DNA of 63,304 bases, filler included, from Octopus bimaculoides (taxonomy: Eukaryota), in the NCBI RefSeq assembly GCF_001194135.2. It is 5 parts of 5 records of this genome, joined end to end, with 100 filler letters (N's around TTAATTAATTAA, not from the genome) between each part and the next. Parts side by side here need not be neighbours in the genome. Positions count along the whole stretch, not along the records: positions 24,375 to 44,423 come from NC_068989.1; positions 44,524 to 59,280 come from NC_068981.1; 3 more parts are not named here. One strand, given 5' to 3'. Below, one piece after another: positions 37,585-46,355 of this stretch. Position numbers and translations under genes: made by a program. Under the pieces are notes generated by a model that was not told where the DNA came from, made no database searches, and saw only the letters and a list, made by a program, of their open reading frames with translations. The stretch's first letter is position 1, and each line of letters opens with the position of its first letter.

Positions 37585-40500
37585 CATTCTCTTTATAATA
37601 CAGCAGGGTATAATTTAAAGGAGGTTTGGTTGTTATCTTTAGCAGGTTGAATCACCAGAGAGAGGCTTCTTCATTGGCTCATGCTGATGGCAGTTATTGT
37701 GGCAGGGTGCTCATTGGGCCTTGAGGAGCATCAGTTGACCATTGTCATCATATATGTGTCTAGAACAGATTGGTTTGGTAGAGTCCATTGCTCCTCTCCA
37801 ATTCTACACAGATGTTCCATCCTGAGTGGACTGATCTGTTGAAATTTAAGTGTCTTTGCTATAGACAAAACATAGCAAAGATGACAGAATATTGAAGCTT
37901 GGCTGACAGTCCAACACTGTACAGGGTGTCCCAGAATTAACTATTTCAATGAAGTCAGGCAAATAAAAAAAAAAACTGACAGAGTTTTATGCTTAATACT
38001 TAGTCAGGATACTAAAACAAATACATCTATAAACCTTACATCAAAACTTTATTTTTCTGTATCTGTTCTATCTGTATTCCTGCAAATTTCAAATCCATCC
38101 TTAGCATTGTGAAACACATTTTGAAGCACTTCAAGAGATATCTCCTGCACTGCTAACAGAATGTATTCTTTATGTTCAGCTAAACTATTTCTCCATCCTG
38201 TGGATGGAGGTAGAGAAAAAGACCGCAGCCAAATTGATAAAAAGCTGTCATAGACAGATAAGCGGGATCCAACAAGAATGAAAATAAAACAATAAAATTA
38301 TTATGAAAATTATAAAATTAAAAGCAAAATTAGAAATTTATACACTTTTAGCACATATTAACATGATTAAAATAAATAAAAGTGAGTTTTAAAAAAGATT
38401 AATCTGATTTCACTGAAATATATAGTTATTTACCCAACCAACCATTATTCAAATCTCACAAAGCAAGCACAAGAAGTAGCAAGAATTTTCAAGAAAGTGT
38501 ACCTTTCTATCCAGTAATTTAGTTCTGTTATTTTTAGCATCTTTCATTTCACTGGCAATATTATAAATCTCTGCTATCAGTTCCTTGATTCCAGTTTGAG
38601 TTTTTGAAGATATTCCCATAAATTTAACTATATGTAATGAGTATGTTGAGTTCTTTAAGTATTTGTCTATCTTGGACTCAACTGATTTCAAATAACTGCA
38701 TTTCTTATCCTGGACTTGATCCAAAAAAGTACCCACGATGATCACATAAGAACGTGGTGCTTTAGCCTGCAAAAAAATAAAATATCAAAATAACAAACAT
38801 AAAAAGAATTATTCAAAAACCCTTATGACAGAACCTAATTATAACAGTTTCAAATTTTGACACAAGGCCAACTATTTCGGGCAGGAGATAAGTTGATTAC
38901 ATCAACCCCAGTGTTCAACTGGTACTTATTTAATCAATCCCAAAGAGAGAGGCAAATGTAGAGCAAAATCCATTAAAAACCTATTTTTTATTAACATGTA
39001 GCATCACACTGTTTATATACCCTTCATACAGTCTGTTTTCAAAAGGATTTAATGAAATAAGACATACCTCAATACTTTGCAGCCACTGTTTAAGATTTTC
39101 AACTTTCTTCCTCAAGTCCCACACTAACAGGTACAGACTGTTTGGTGTGATAAAACTGTGGTGGATGGGACGGAATGTTTTTGCTTGTGAAAATTCCCAC
39201 ACATTAAATGTTATTGATGCTATTTCATCCTAGATGCAATACAAAAAGTAAAAGGAAGAAAAGAATGTGAATGTAAAATATTTATCCTACAACAAAACCA
39301 AATTTATAAACATTTTTTTTATGTGAGGAATTTTATTTTAGAACCATAAATTTAGTCAAGTCTATATTATTTGAAGGGAAGAAGAATAGATGGGCAGATG
39401 TATAGGTGGGATATATGTATGGCGGAATGAACATTAGTTCTTAGAGACATACAATCCTTTACAGTATATATTGGAATGTTCAAGGGCAGCCAAAAGAGCT
39501 GGTACATACACCATAAGTCTATATTTTGAGAGACAGACAATAGGAACAGCACAGCATTGTCAGGTCACATATGGTACCTGAAAGATTACAATACTGACAA
39601 CTTTAATATTACCTGGTCTAAACTGTACTTCAATAACAAATACACCTCTTATCCAAATTAATGTAGCCTTTGCAATGAGGAAAAGTACCTCATCTTCACT
39701 GAAAGAATAAATACCATAAACAGAAGATTTGAACTAACTTCTACATACAGCCATGAGAATAAGTTCTATCTTTTCAAATTCAATAGAATTAGTGGGCCAA
39801 AATAAATGTAAACATCCGAACAATCAAAAGTCTGCAGAACAGCATCCCACAAAATAAAGCAGAAATCAATAAAACACTAAACAATGCAGGAACAAACAAA
39901 TAAACAACAGCAAAGAGGAATGTAAGATGCTATCATGTTTGTAGTAGTGGGTGTTTTTAGCAAGTAAGATGGTAATGTACAAGAGAAAAAGTGAGAGACA
40001 AAATCAAATCTTGGAACACAATAGACTTGATAAAATGTAGGTCGGAGACCGCTTCATCTGCACATGCTGTGATGATGTGATGTGAAGGGAGCAACCAATC
40101 AAAAGGTATGTTATGTGCAACAACAATATTTTCACCAAATTTTTTGAGATTGAGATGAGAGCACAATGGTGCGTAACAAAAGAAAACAGATCATTAGATC
40201 TGACTTTATAAAAGTTGTATTGGTGATCATTAAGGAGGGAAAAGAGTTGGAATTGTTAAAAAGGTTATTGCTAATGGCTTCCTCTCTTTCTATCTTACTC
40301 CCTCTTTCTCTCTCACTCTCCCTATCACCTTTGAGTGAGAGAAGATCATAGTTAGCAGGGTCAGAGAGAGGGGATACTCTTCTTTTGAACTGAACACAGC
40401 ATAGTGTGTTTTAAAGGATCAAGATACTTCAGAGAGAGAGAGAGTATGCTAAGGATAGAGTTTAGTTCAAGGATGTATTGTTTGAGGGTAATAGAAGAGA

Positions 40501-41381
40501 CATTGTCATGGTCAGTAGCCATATGTGGTTGAAGCTTTCACACTTGACTGAATGTGTGCATGGTAGTGGGTTTGGTTTAGTTTTGAAGGAGATTAACAAG
40601 TATGTGCATTGTGGAGTTGAATGTAGAGCAAGCAGGAAATGTTGGAGTACTGATTCACTACTGGAGTAGCGTTATTCTCTGTGTGAGAGTATTGTGTGTA
40701 GAACCATTATGTTTGAGAAAGCAAAGGTACTTCAATTAAAAAGACCTCAACAATAACTTAACATGATTATTTAAAATATTAAAGAAAGATTTCAATGATA
40801 GTGTTAGATACACTTTCATATTTCATGTTCCTATTTATTTTTTGCTTTTTGTTTTTGCATTCAGCAATTGATCAGTAATAACTGTAATCTTTAACATTCA
40901 AATTACTGTCAAATGTAATGCTTATTTACTCACAATATTTTGATCTCATAATTTCAAATTTCAGTGATGTGATTATTTACTTTTTGAATGACACTGTAAG
41001 GTAGGAGTGAGAGGCTGAATCTTGTCAGTTTAAGCAAAAAACAGGAAGAAAATTTGAGCTACCTATGGTCAGTTTAAATGCTAAAAGATTAGATACAATA
41101 TTTTCCTGAAAAACTTCTGAGTCAGAAAATAACTCATAAAGCTTCTAAGTTTGCAAAATAGATTCACTTATCAACTTCAACTTCTTTCCTTTGTTGAAGA
41201 AACAGAATTAAAATGACTTAAAAAAAACAAAAAAAAAAAACACAAAGTAACTTACAAAAGAGAAGAGGCTTTTAGCTGAACGTTCTAAAACCCATTTGTA
41301 TGTATTCAATCCAAGACTGTTTTGAAAATGTTCACCACTTTTCTTCATCAGACATTCCAACAAAGCAGTTTTACCTTCTCC
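24594..41381 (-). CDS. LRRK-like: LRRK1/2-like ROCO protein, partial gene (Roc-COR, 7 exons, 1196 nt), incomplete at both ends
   Basis: Exons 41381-41256, 39229-39068, 38766-38503, 33055-32896, 31663-31545, 28062-27917 and 24812-24594 are all GT-AG. Intron phases 0,0,0,1,0,2 join without stops. The motifs GEGKT, SLYLLVWDL, VIIVGTFLD, VPQSY, FLSEIGV..YFFNPSWLC, LLERFEIA, LLIPSLLP and YKMSYIPDNFWNYLIIR are colinear with LRRK Roc-COR. Exact orthology is unresolved. Confidence 0.9.
24994..25371. mobile_element. hAT (Charlie-like) MITE
   Basis: Ends CAGTGACTCTCAAC and GTTGGGAAACACTG are imperfect TIRs. The 8-bp flanks ATTTAGAC and CTTTACAT resemble a decayed hAT TSD. Confidence 0.65.
26046..26280 (-). 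mobile_element. SINE family 2 (Nin-like), young full-length copy with a 25-bp TSD
   Basis: ATGTTTTGTATATGGATATGTTTCT is present exactly at 26021-26045 and 26281-26305. CpGs are retained. Confidence 0.93.
26978..27355 (+). mobile_element. SINE family 1, old CpG-decayed copy
   Basis: CAAAGCCTTGTGAGTG..AGACAGAAACTGCACAGAAGCCCA and tail GGTGCCCCAGTATGACCACAGT..ACTGAAACAAGTAAAAGA. Confidence 0.75.
27503..27828 (+). mobile_element. SINE family 3, full length (tRNA head and Meta-like GTGTCCTT..AGCAAGACAC..CCAGTCCACTCAGCTG core)
   Basis: GTGAAGGTGCATGGCTTAGTGGTTAGGG..GAGTTCAATT..AACAGAGTGCC. A second copy lies at 29250-29565. Confidence 0.85.
27917..28062 (-). CDS. ROCO exon: COR (EIHGFINNS..YIKLLERFEIAMKLKKD), 146 nt
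   Basis: Acceptor tattttcttgcag|, donor |gtaagt, phase 0-2. Confidence 0.9.
28250..28790 (-). mobile_element. RTE-clade LINE 3' end
   Basis: The same 3' UTR block (CCATTTTCCATGCTGGCATGGGTTGG..) as 33440 and 37500. The minus strand encodes decayed RKxWxEVVRxDLQMLGL. Confidence 0.75.
29035..29225 (+). mobile_element. SINE family 2, decayed
   Basis: GTTCTGAGTTCAAATTCCACCGTGGACAACTTTGCTTTTTATCCTTT. Confidence 0.75.
29250..29565 (+). mobile_element. SINE family 3
   Basis: Colinear with 27503-27828. Confidence 0.85.
30372..30715 (-). mobile_element. SINE family 1
   Basis: Reverse complement of the family 1 body; ends TTACCACACAGCCACTCCTGCAC. Confidence 0.88.
31545..31663 (-). CDS. ROCO exon: COR (ASLFLSEIGVIVY..YFFNPSWLCDTLGKIFTDE), 119 nt
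   Basis: Acceptor tatctttag|, donor |gtaagg, phase 1-0. Matches the LRRK2 HFLNESGVLL..YFVEPKWLC block. Confidence 0.92.
31738..32195 (-). mobile_element. SINE family 1 (contains a small gap)
   Basis: TTTCAGTCATTAGACTGTGGCCATGCTGGGG..CTTCTTACCACACAGCTATGCCTGCACC. Confidence 0.85.
32345..32530 (+). mobile_element. SINE family 2, decayed
   Basis: CTGGCAGATCATTAGC..GAGTTCAAATTCTGCTGAGGTCAACTTTGCCTTTCATTC. Confidence 0.8.
32896..33055 (-). CDS. ROCO exon: start of COR (VPQSYISL..TPEELHK), 160 nt
   Basis: Acceptor tttttttttcag|, donor |gttaat, phase 0-1. Confidence 0.88.
33103..33420 (+). mobile_element. SINE family 1, CpG-decayed
   Basis: GGTGCAAGCATGGTTGTGTGGTTAAGAA..ATCTTGGGCAAG..AAAGCCTTATGAG-(TG)n..GAAACAAGTAAAA. 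Confidence 0.8.
33440..34150 (-). mobile_element. RTE-clade LINE 3' end (RT C-terminal region, 3' UTR, GAT/ATC tail)
   Basis: The minus strand matches the + copy at 36905-37520 (ETW.LNVEDM.KLERNEASML..RLYWFGHVMRMDEDS). Confidence 0.85.
34343..35285. repeat. (TA)n-flanked interspersed repeat with internal direct and inverted duplication; family unassigned, possibly Penelope pLTR-derived
   Basis: 34344-34440 is repeated at 35100-35198, and 35199-35285 is the reverse complement of 34438-34524. Confidence 0.75.
35283..35392 (-). mobile_element. SINE family 1, 5' part
   Basis: CCGAGGCTATAGTAGAAGACACTTACCCAAGGTGCC..TTACCACACAGCCACTCCTGCGCC. Confidence 0.88.
36257..36575 (+). mobile_element. Penelope-like element GIY-YIG endonuclease fragment
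   Basis: HLVYAAEYMKHNLIYVGYTTKLLNKRFNGHRYDI..ELAEHF..HEDKYVFRLLTLRSGGM shows the GIY-YIG pattern (VY..IYVG, R..H, late E), with 2 stops. Confidence 0.85.
36771..36813 (+). ncRNA. Decayed minimal type I hammerhead ribozyme in the Penelope pLTR (probably inactive)
   Basis: TTGAAC-TTGACAA-A-GACAG(GCTTG)CTGTC-AAAA-TA-TC-ATTCAA. Stems I and II and the palindromic ATAT stem III are in place. Four substitutions from the CTGANGA/GAAA consensus, three of them G>A at CpG. Confidence 0.7.
36905..37580 (+). mobile_element. RTE-clade LINE 3' end with (ATT)n tail
   Basis: ACIPTAMLHGNEM*ALNAEDIQRLE..IRGIRHSVQEIRLCWSGQVVHMDVDSCIQKC..GRPRKMWDEVLKTD, then the 3' UTR and about 19 ATT units. Confidence 0.88.
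37922..38200 (-). mobile_element. Tc1/mariner-superfamily 3' end (TIR and transposase C-terminus)
   Basis: TA|CAGGGTGTCCCAG terminus; the minus strand reads SLAEHKEYILLAVQEISLEVLQNVFHNAKDGFEICRNTD. Confidence 0.6.
38503..38766 (-). CDS. ROCO exon: Roc G4/G5 (AKAPRSYVIIVGTFLD..ISSKT..KLLDRK), 264 nt
   Basis: Acceptor ttatttttttgcag|, donor |gtacac, phase 0-0, 88 codons. Confidence 0.92.
39068..39229 (-). CDS. ROCO exon: Roc switch II region (DEIASITFNVWEFSQ..WLQSIE), 162 nt
   Basis: Acceptor tttttgtattgcatctag|, donor |gtatgt, phase 0-0, 54 codons. Confidence 0.92.
40160..40720 (-). mobile_element. CR1/L2-group LINE RT fragment (same family as 52950-57100)
   Basis: The minus strand reads SDPANY.. 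and LNDHQYNFYKVRSNDLFSFVTH, matching NPTNYRPIAL and FNDDQYRFCKASSTGDLFFYIT at 55.8-56.0 kb. Confidence 0.68.
40888..41092 (-). repeat. Short interspersed MITE-like repeat (second copy 57925-58090, + strand)
   Basis: TGTCAAATGTAATGCTTATTTA..GATGTGATTATTT..GTAAGGTAGGAGTGAGAGG..TTTAAATGCTAAAAG is the reverse complement of the 57.9-58.1 kb block. Confidence 0.7.
41256..41381 (-). CDS. ROCO exon: Roc P-loop and switch I (GEGKTALLECLMKK..KSLFSF), 126 nt
   Basis: Acceptor tttgtttgttatag|, donor |gtaagt, phase 0-0, 42 codons open. Confidence 0.88.
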
Positions 41382-41487
41382 CTATAACAAACAAAGAAAT
41401 TATATACAACAATAAATTAAGTAAAATGCAATACAACAACACAAGTGTTAAATAGGGAAAATAAAAGTAGCTTTTTTTAACTTTTAT

Positions 41488-41700
41488 CTTTTACTTGTTC
41501 CAGTCGTTAGACTATGGCAATGCTGGGGTACAGCTCTGAAGAATTTTAGTTGAGCTTATCAACCTCAGTATTTATTATTTGTTTGTAAAGCCTGGTATTT
41601 ATTCTATCAGTCTCTTTTGCCAGACCGCTAAGTTATGGGGATGTAAACACACCCCCACTGGTTGTCTAATCGTAGTAGAGGACACACATACACACACATA
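41488..41700 (-). mobile_element. SINE family 1, 3' half
   Basis: CTTTTACTTGTTCCAGTCGTTAGACTATGG..CGCTAAGTTATGGGGATGTAAACACACC. Confidence 0.75.
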
Positions 41701-41957
41701 TATATATTGCTAATTTAGTGCTAGGTTACAAAAACTATCTACAACCTCAAGAAAGCCTCCTGGGCATTTGAGAGAGTCTAAGTCCTGTGTGTTCTTAGTG
41801 CTTATTGTTCCTGCACACCTGCCATGTACAAAGACAACTCTATCTGTTAATCTACCTGTGATTCCACTGCACCTCTTATGTATCCATAGCTAACACTAGG
41901 TGCAGCTAATGGAATTTCTTCCAATTCCTTTCCTGTATACTGAGCAGAGAAAGAGAG

Positions 41958-42402
41958 TGTAGGAAGTGAGGTTGGCGTTGGATGGGTGCCTCACAATTCC
42001 TTACATAAACATGGAAGGAAAATAGTGGAACAAGAATATCAAAAGAAATAAAAATATTTATTTTTCGTCTGTACAAGCGTTACATCTTGGGACAATCAGT
42101 AGCCAGGTTGCCTTGGTGTGGAAGCAGCAGAGTTGGTTTAATCACAAATGTGAAGGCATTCTTCACAGTTTAGCCAATGTCGTGTGGAGGTCTTCAGAAT
42201 TCCAGCTACATGGAGCTGGTCGAGATGCGTGTGTCTCAGTCAGAAGCAGGAGCATATAGGATGATATGGCGGTCAGGCCTAGCGGCTACTGATGACTGCT
42301 CATGCACGTAAGAGGCTTCCGGCAGGCCTTCCGGAAGCTCTAATCCCTGCGCATACATGGATGAAAATCCCAAAATGGCAACTGGAACTAGGCATCACTA
42401 CA
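41958..42402. mobile_element. Solo LTR, 445 bp, probably Gypsy-type
   Basis: TGTAG..CTACA termini, 4-bp TSD AGAG at 41954-41957 and 42403-42406, internal AATAAA on both strands near 42045-42065. Confidence 0.7.
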
Positions 42403-43034
42403 AGAGTCTTAGTTGCTTTCTTGCTAACAACTTTAGTCTTTGCTATTTCAAAGTTTTTCCCCAATTCTGAAATTGAAGAGTAAGTTTTCCTTCTTGAGAT
42501 GTTTTTTAAGAATACCCACTGTCAATTTCACTGCTCTGGAAGCTGAAAGACAAAGTTTGATGTCACCAAGATTTGAACTCAGAACAAATTTCTATAACTA
42601 AATTACTGCAGAGCAAATTGTCCATCTTTCTTATGTTTGCCACTCCAAATTTAGTGATGAATGCAATGATAAATGGAAGAATGAATAGAATGAAACAAAG
42701 GAATGGGTAATGGAGCAGGGTGGATGAGGTCAACAAAGAGGGAGGAAGTAAAGAATGGGAAAGGAAAAATAGAGAGCCAAACCCTTTAAGCAAGGCCAAA
42801 ATGGTGGTAAAGGGCAGAGGAAGGGGAACAGGAAGAAAAGAGAGGGAGCAGGAATTTAGAAGCAAAACTGCACCTAGAATATAGAACAGGAAAAATCTTA
42901 TAGTAAAAAATGGAGGAAAATTGTTTAGGAGCACGCATATATAGATAACCACAATGGTATTCATACACATATACAATAATAAAGATACATATGCAAACAA
43001 ATATCTGTGAAATTATATACATTTTATACACATA

Positions 43035-43440
43035 AGCACAGGCATGGCTGTGTGGTAAGAAGATTGCTTCCCAGCCATGTGGCTCTGAGTTTAGTCTCAC
43101 TGCATGGCACCTTGGACAAGTGTCTTCTACTAGAGTTTCAGGCCCACCAAAACCTTGTGAGTGGATTTGGTAGACAGAAACTGAAAGGAGCCCATCATAT
43201 ATAGAAATATATACATGTGTGTGTCTCCTTCTCTCTCGGTTTGTTCCTCACCACCACTTGACAACCAATGTTGGTATGTTTACATCCCTATTGCTTAACA
43301 GTTCAGCAAAAGAGACCAATAGAATAAGTACCAGGCTTAAAAAAATAAAGAAATCCCGAGATTAATTCATTTGACTAAAAATTCAAGGCAGTGCTGCAGC
43401 ATGACTACAGTCTAATGACAGAAACAAGTAAATGAAATAA
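43035..43440 (+). mobile_element. SINE family 1, CpG-decayed
   Basis: GCACAGGCATGGCTGTGTGGTAAGAAG..CACCTTGGACAAGTG..GAAACAAGTAAA. Confidence 0.85.
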
Positions 43441-43565
43441 AAGAGATAACTCCTTAAATATAAGGAGAATAGTGTAGGTGCCAAGACATGTTCTTGTTTC
43501 AGTCCACATGTGATTGGAAATTCTTCTGACAGCATTTTTGGTGGAATACACGTCCATATATATTG

Positions 43566-43725
43566 TTATTCATTGCTTGAACCTAGAGAGATAAAGTGAC
43601 CAGGACATCCAAAACGATGAAGAACTTTCCACATAGAAGCTCTTGGAACACTATCAAAGGATTTTTTGAAGTCATGCAAAACAAGGAATATGTGTTTTTG
43701 TTGTTCCCTGCTTTTCTCTTGGAGA
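43566..43725 (-). mobile_element. RTE-clade RT fragment
   Basis: LQEKSREQQKHIFLVLHDFKKSFDSVPRASMWKVLHRFGCPGHF. Confidence 0.8.
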
Positions 43726-43729
43726 AAAG

Positions 43730-43860
43730 GAAGAATCAAATGCAGAAAAGAAAAACTTGACAAAATCAACCTCATCCTCTACCAACATTACCATGCAGTC
43801 AGTGCCATCAAATCTTCTATGCAAGAATTGGTCTACAGAGTCATCAATGCCATCACCATA
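43730..43860 (+). mobile_element. RTE-clade C-terminal zinc-finger-like fragment
   Basis: LPCSQCHQIFYARIGLQSHQC, similar to the CxxC..RIGLxSH RTE C-terminus. Confidence 0.6.
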
Positions 43861-44085
43861 AAGGAAGCATTCAGCAAAGAAGAAACTAAATTCTTGGATA
43901 TGTGATAAAGCTGCTGCCACAGATGAATTGACTCTTAAATGTCAGATTCTCCTACTCCCAATGGCATACTAATTTACCCAACCTCATAATTTCAGTGTGT
44001 AATGTTTACCAACACAAACCAAACACCATTTTCTTCAGACTTTGTTTTTTAGTTAAAACATGAACTAATACTTATAACAAACCTC

Positions 44086-44423
44086 TAAACCTCTGTACCT
44101 GGCTTTCGTTGACATGGAGAAAGCCTTTGACAGGGTCCCCCGATCCCTTATCTGGTGGTCAATGAGGAAACTTGGGATAGAAGAATGGTTAGTGAGAGCT
44201 GTGCGAGCCATGTACAGAGATGCTGCCAGTAAGGTGAGTACAGCAATGAATTCCGGGTAGAGGTAGGGGTCCACCAAGGTTCCGTCCTCAGCCCCCTCTT
44301 ATTTATCATAGTCCTCCAGGCAATCACAGAGGAGTTCAAGACAGGTTGCCCCTGGGAGCTCCTCTCTGCTGATGACCTTGCCCTAATTGCGGAGTCACTA
44401 TCAGAACTAGAGGAGAAGTTTCA
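44086..44423 (+). mobile_element. RTE-clade RT core fragment, young, cut by the linker
   Basis: KPLYLAFVDMEKAFDRVPRSLIWWSMRKLG..GVHQGSVLSPLLF..ELLSADDLALIAES. Confidence 0.92.
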
Positions 44424-44523
44424 NNNNNNNNNNNNNNNNNNNNNNNNNNNNNNNNNNNNNNNNNNNNTTAATTAATTAANNNNNNNNNNNNNNNNNNNNN
44501 NNNNNNNNNNNNNNNNNNNNNNN
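44424..44523. other. Artificial scaffold linker N44-TTAATTAATTAA-N44
   Basis: Same structure as 24275-24374. Confidence 0.97.
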
Positions 44524-44864
44524 ATAATCGTTTAGTACACATCATTTTACACTTATTGCACTTTTTTCTCCTTTTTTGTGGCCGGGTGTCGAAGTCAGGT
44601 TAGGGGATCGTGTGAATTATCCGAGTCCGCACCCCACCCACCCCGCATCACAAAAATTGAAAAACAAATAGTGTACTAGTTGTAAAATAATGTGTAGCAA
44701 ACCAATACGAAGAAAAAAATTGCGCCAACGAACGGAGAAGTGGTGAGAGGACTCGGAACACTCCCGATGTGAATTTTCCGAGTCGTCTCCCCCCGCCCTC
44801 CCGTTCGCCAGCGCGCATTTTTTTTTTTTTTTCATTTCATATCTTGAAAATGATGAGAAAGTCA

Positions 44865-45090
44865 ATATGAGAGGTATAGAGAAAATAACAAAGTACTAGG
44901 ATCTAGCCATTGAGTTACAGAGGCTATAGAAAGTGCGGCTAAAATGTATTCCTGAAGTCATAGGCGCATTAGGAACTGTTCCTAAAGATTTGAACAGATG
45001 GATAGAGGAAATAGGCATAAAACCTAGCTTAACGCAGCTCCAGAAAACAGTATTATTAGGGACTGCGATGATACTTTGGAACTTCTTGCA
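44865..45090 (+). mobile_element. R4/Dong-type LINE RLE 3' fragment
   Basis: EKITKY*DLAIELQRL..IPEVIGALGTVPKDL..LQKTVLLGTAMIL. Confidence 0.82.
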
Positions 45091-45494
45091 GCCCGATGTT
45101 AGGAATTTTCCAACATGCTAATAGGTATTATAGGCACAAGCCTGACATTTTAGGGGTGGGGGTAGTCGATTACGTCGACACTAGTTCTTGAATGGTATAT
45201 GAAAGGAAAACTTTGTAGTTCGTTTGAATCATTGTAGTGCAGAAGTAAAATAATAAATAAATAGTAAATGAAAAGGGAATTGAGGAGGTTAAAGTTAAAA
45301 GACTTTTATATATTTCGGGTGTAAAGGCTAATCTCTAGAAGGAACAGTTAAAGAAATATATGTCTACGTAGATCCGGCTATACCTGCATAGCTGACTATA
45401 TTTGCACTATTAATAGCTTTCGTCATTTCCCTTTTCATTGGTTATTCTACATATCCGAAAGGATAAGAACAAAGTCGACCTCAGTAGAGTTTCA

Positions 45495-46091
45495 ACTTTG
45501 AACGTTATAACGATCAGATCGCCGATTTTAATAATGATAATGTCCTAATGCAGTACCAGGTAGTGGCTCTCATGGCTTTTGATCTTAATTGATTGGTAGT
45601 GTTATCATGTACATTGTTTTGTCTTGGTATAAAAAGATGGGCTACAGCAAATATTCTGCTCAATACCACAGATTTGCTTGTCAGTTGTTTGACCTTAATC
45701 GGTTGAGCATGTCCCTTGGTGGCTGACGATATGTGCATCTCTGATCCCGAGCAGAAGTAGTAGGGGAGCATCATAGCCATGTGTTGAGAGGAGTTCTTTG
45801 GGGTTTGAATAATTCACCTCTGGAAACATGGGTGTTTTGTTCATCATCCTTAAACAAACCTTATGCTGGGGCTTTTTGAGCAGGGCGGGCTACTCAACTG
45901 AAGAAAATTCTAATTAGGCCCCACCTGCAAGGTCATGCGCTGTTTATCTTGATATGAGATCACCATGTCGCGCACATGTGGTTGTGATACATGTGCCTGG
46001 TGTACCCTTATCAGACGAGTAATCATGATGGGTATATTGGGCTTCGTATAGTTTACCTCAGTGTCACTTTGATGGCATGCACTGCTCTCTC

Positions 46092-46115
<24 letters not shown>
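45495..46115 (+). mobile_element. Non-coding retroposon (SINE-like, or LINE UTR) with a 3' stem-loop and (AAT)n tail; family unassigned
   Basis: Ends ..GCATGCACTGCTCTCTC-(AAT)n. Stem-loop CCCTTATCA-GAC..ATC-ATGATGGG near 46006-46033. Recalled as an abundant octopus repeat, not verified. Confidence 0.55.
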
Positions 46116-46124
<9 letters not shown>

Positions 46125-46355
46125 TTTTTTTTTTTTTTTTTTTTTTTTTNNNNNNNNNNNNNNNNNNNNNNNNNNNNNNNNNNNNNNNNNNNNNNNNNNN
46201 NNNNNNNNNNNNNNNNNNNNNNNNNNNNNNNNNNNNNNNNNNNNNNNNNNNNNNNNNNNNNNNNNNNNNNNNNNNNNNNNNNNNNNNNNNNNNNNNNNNN
46301 NNNNNNNNNNNNNNNNNNNNNNNNNNNNNNNNNNNNNNNNNNNNNNNNNNNNNNN

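Noticed and set aside
39688-39697. 10-nt minus-strand micro-exon (ttctttcag|tgaagatgag|gtactt) in the Roc intron
   Set aside because: It would shift the frame, the donor is weak, and the flanking exons already join in frame with normal Roc spacing.
42292-42483. + strand 63-aa ORF followed by a GTAAGT donor-like site
   Set aside because: It starts inside the solo LTR, crosses the LTR boundary and has no recognisable homology.
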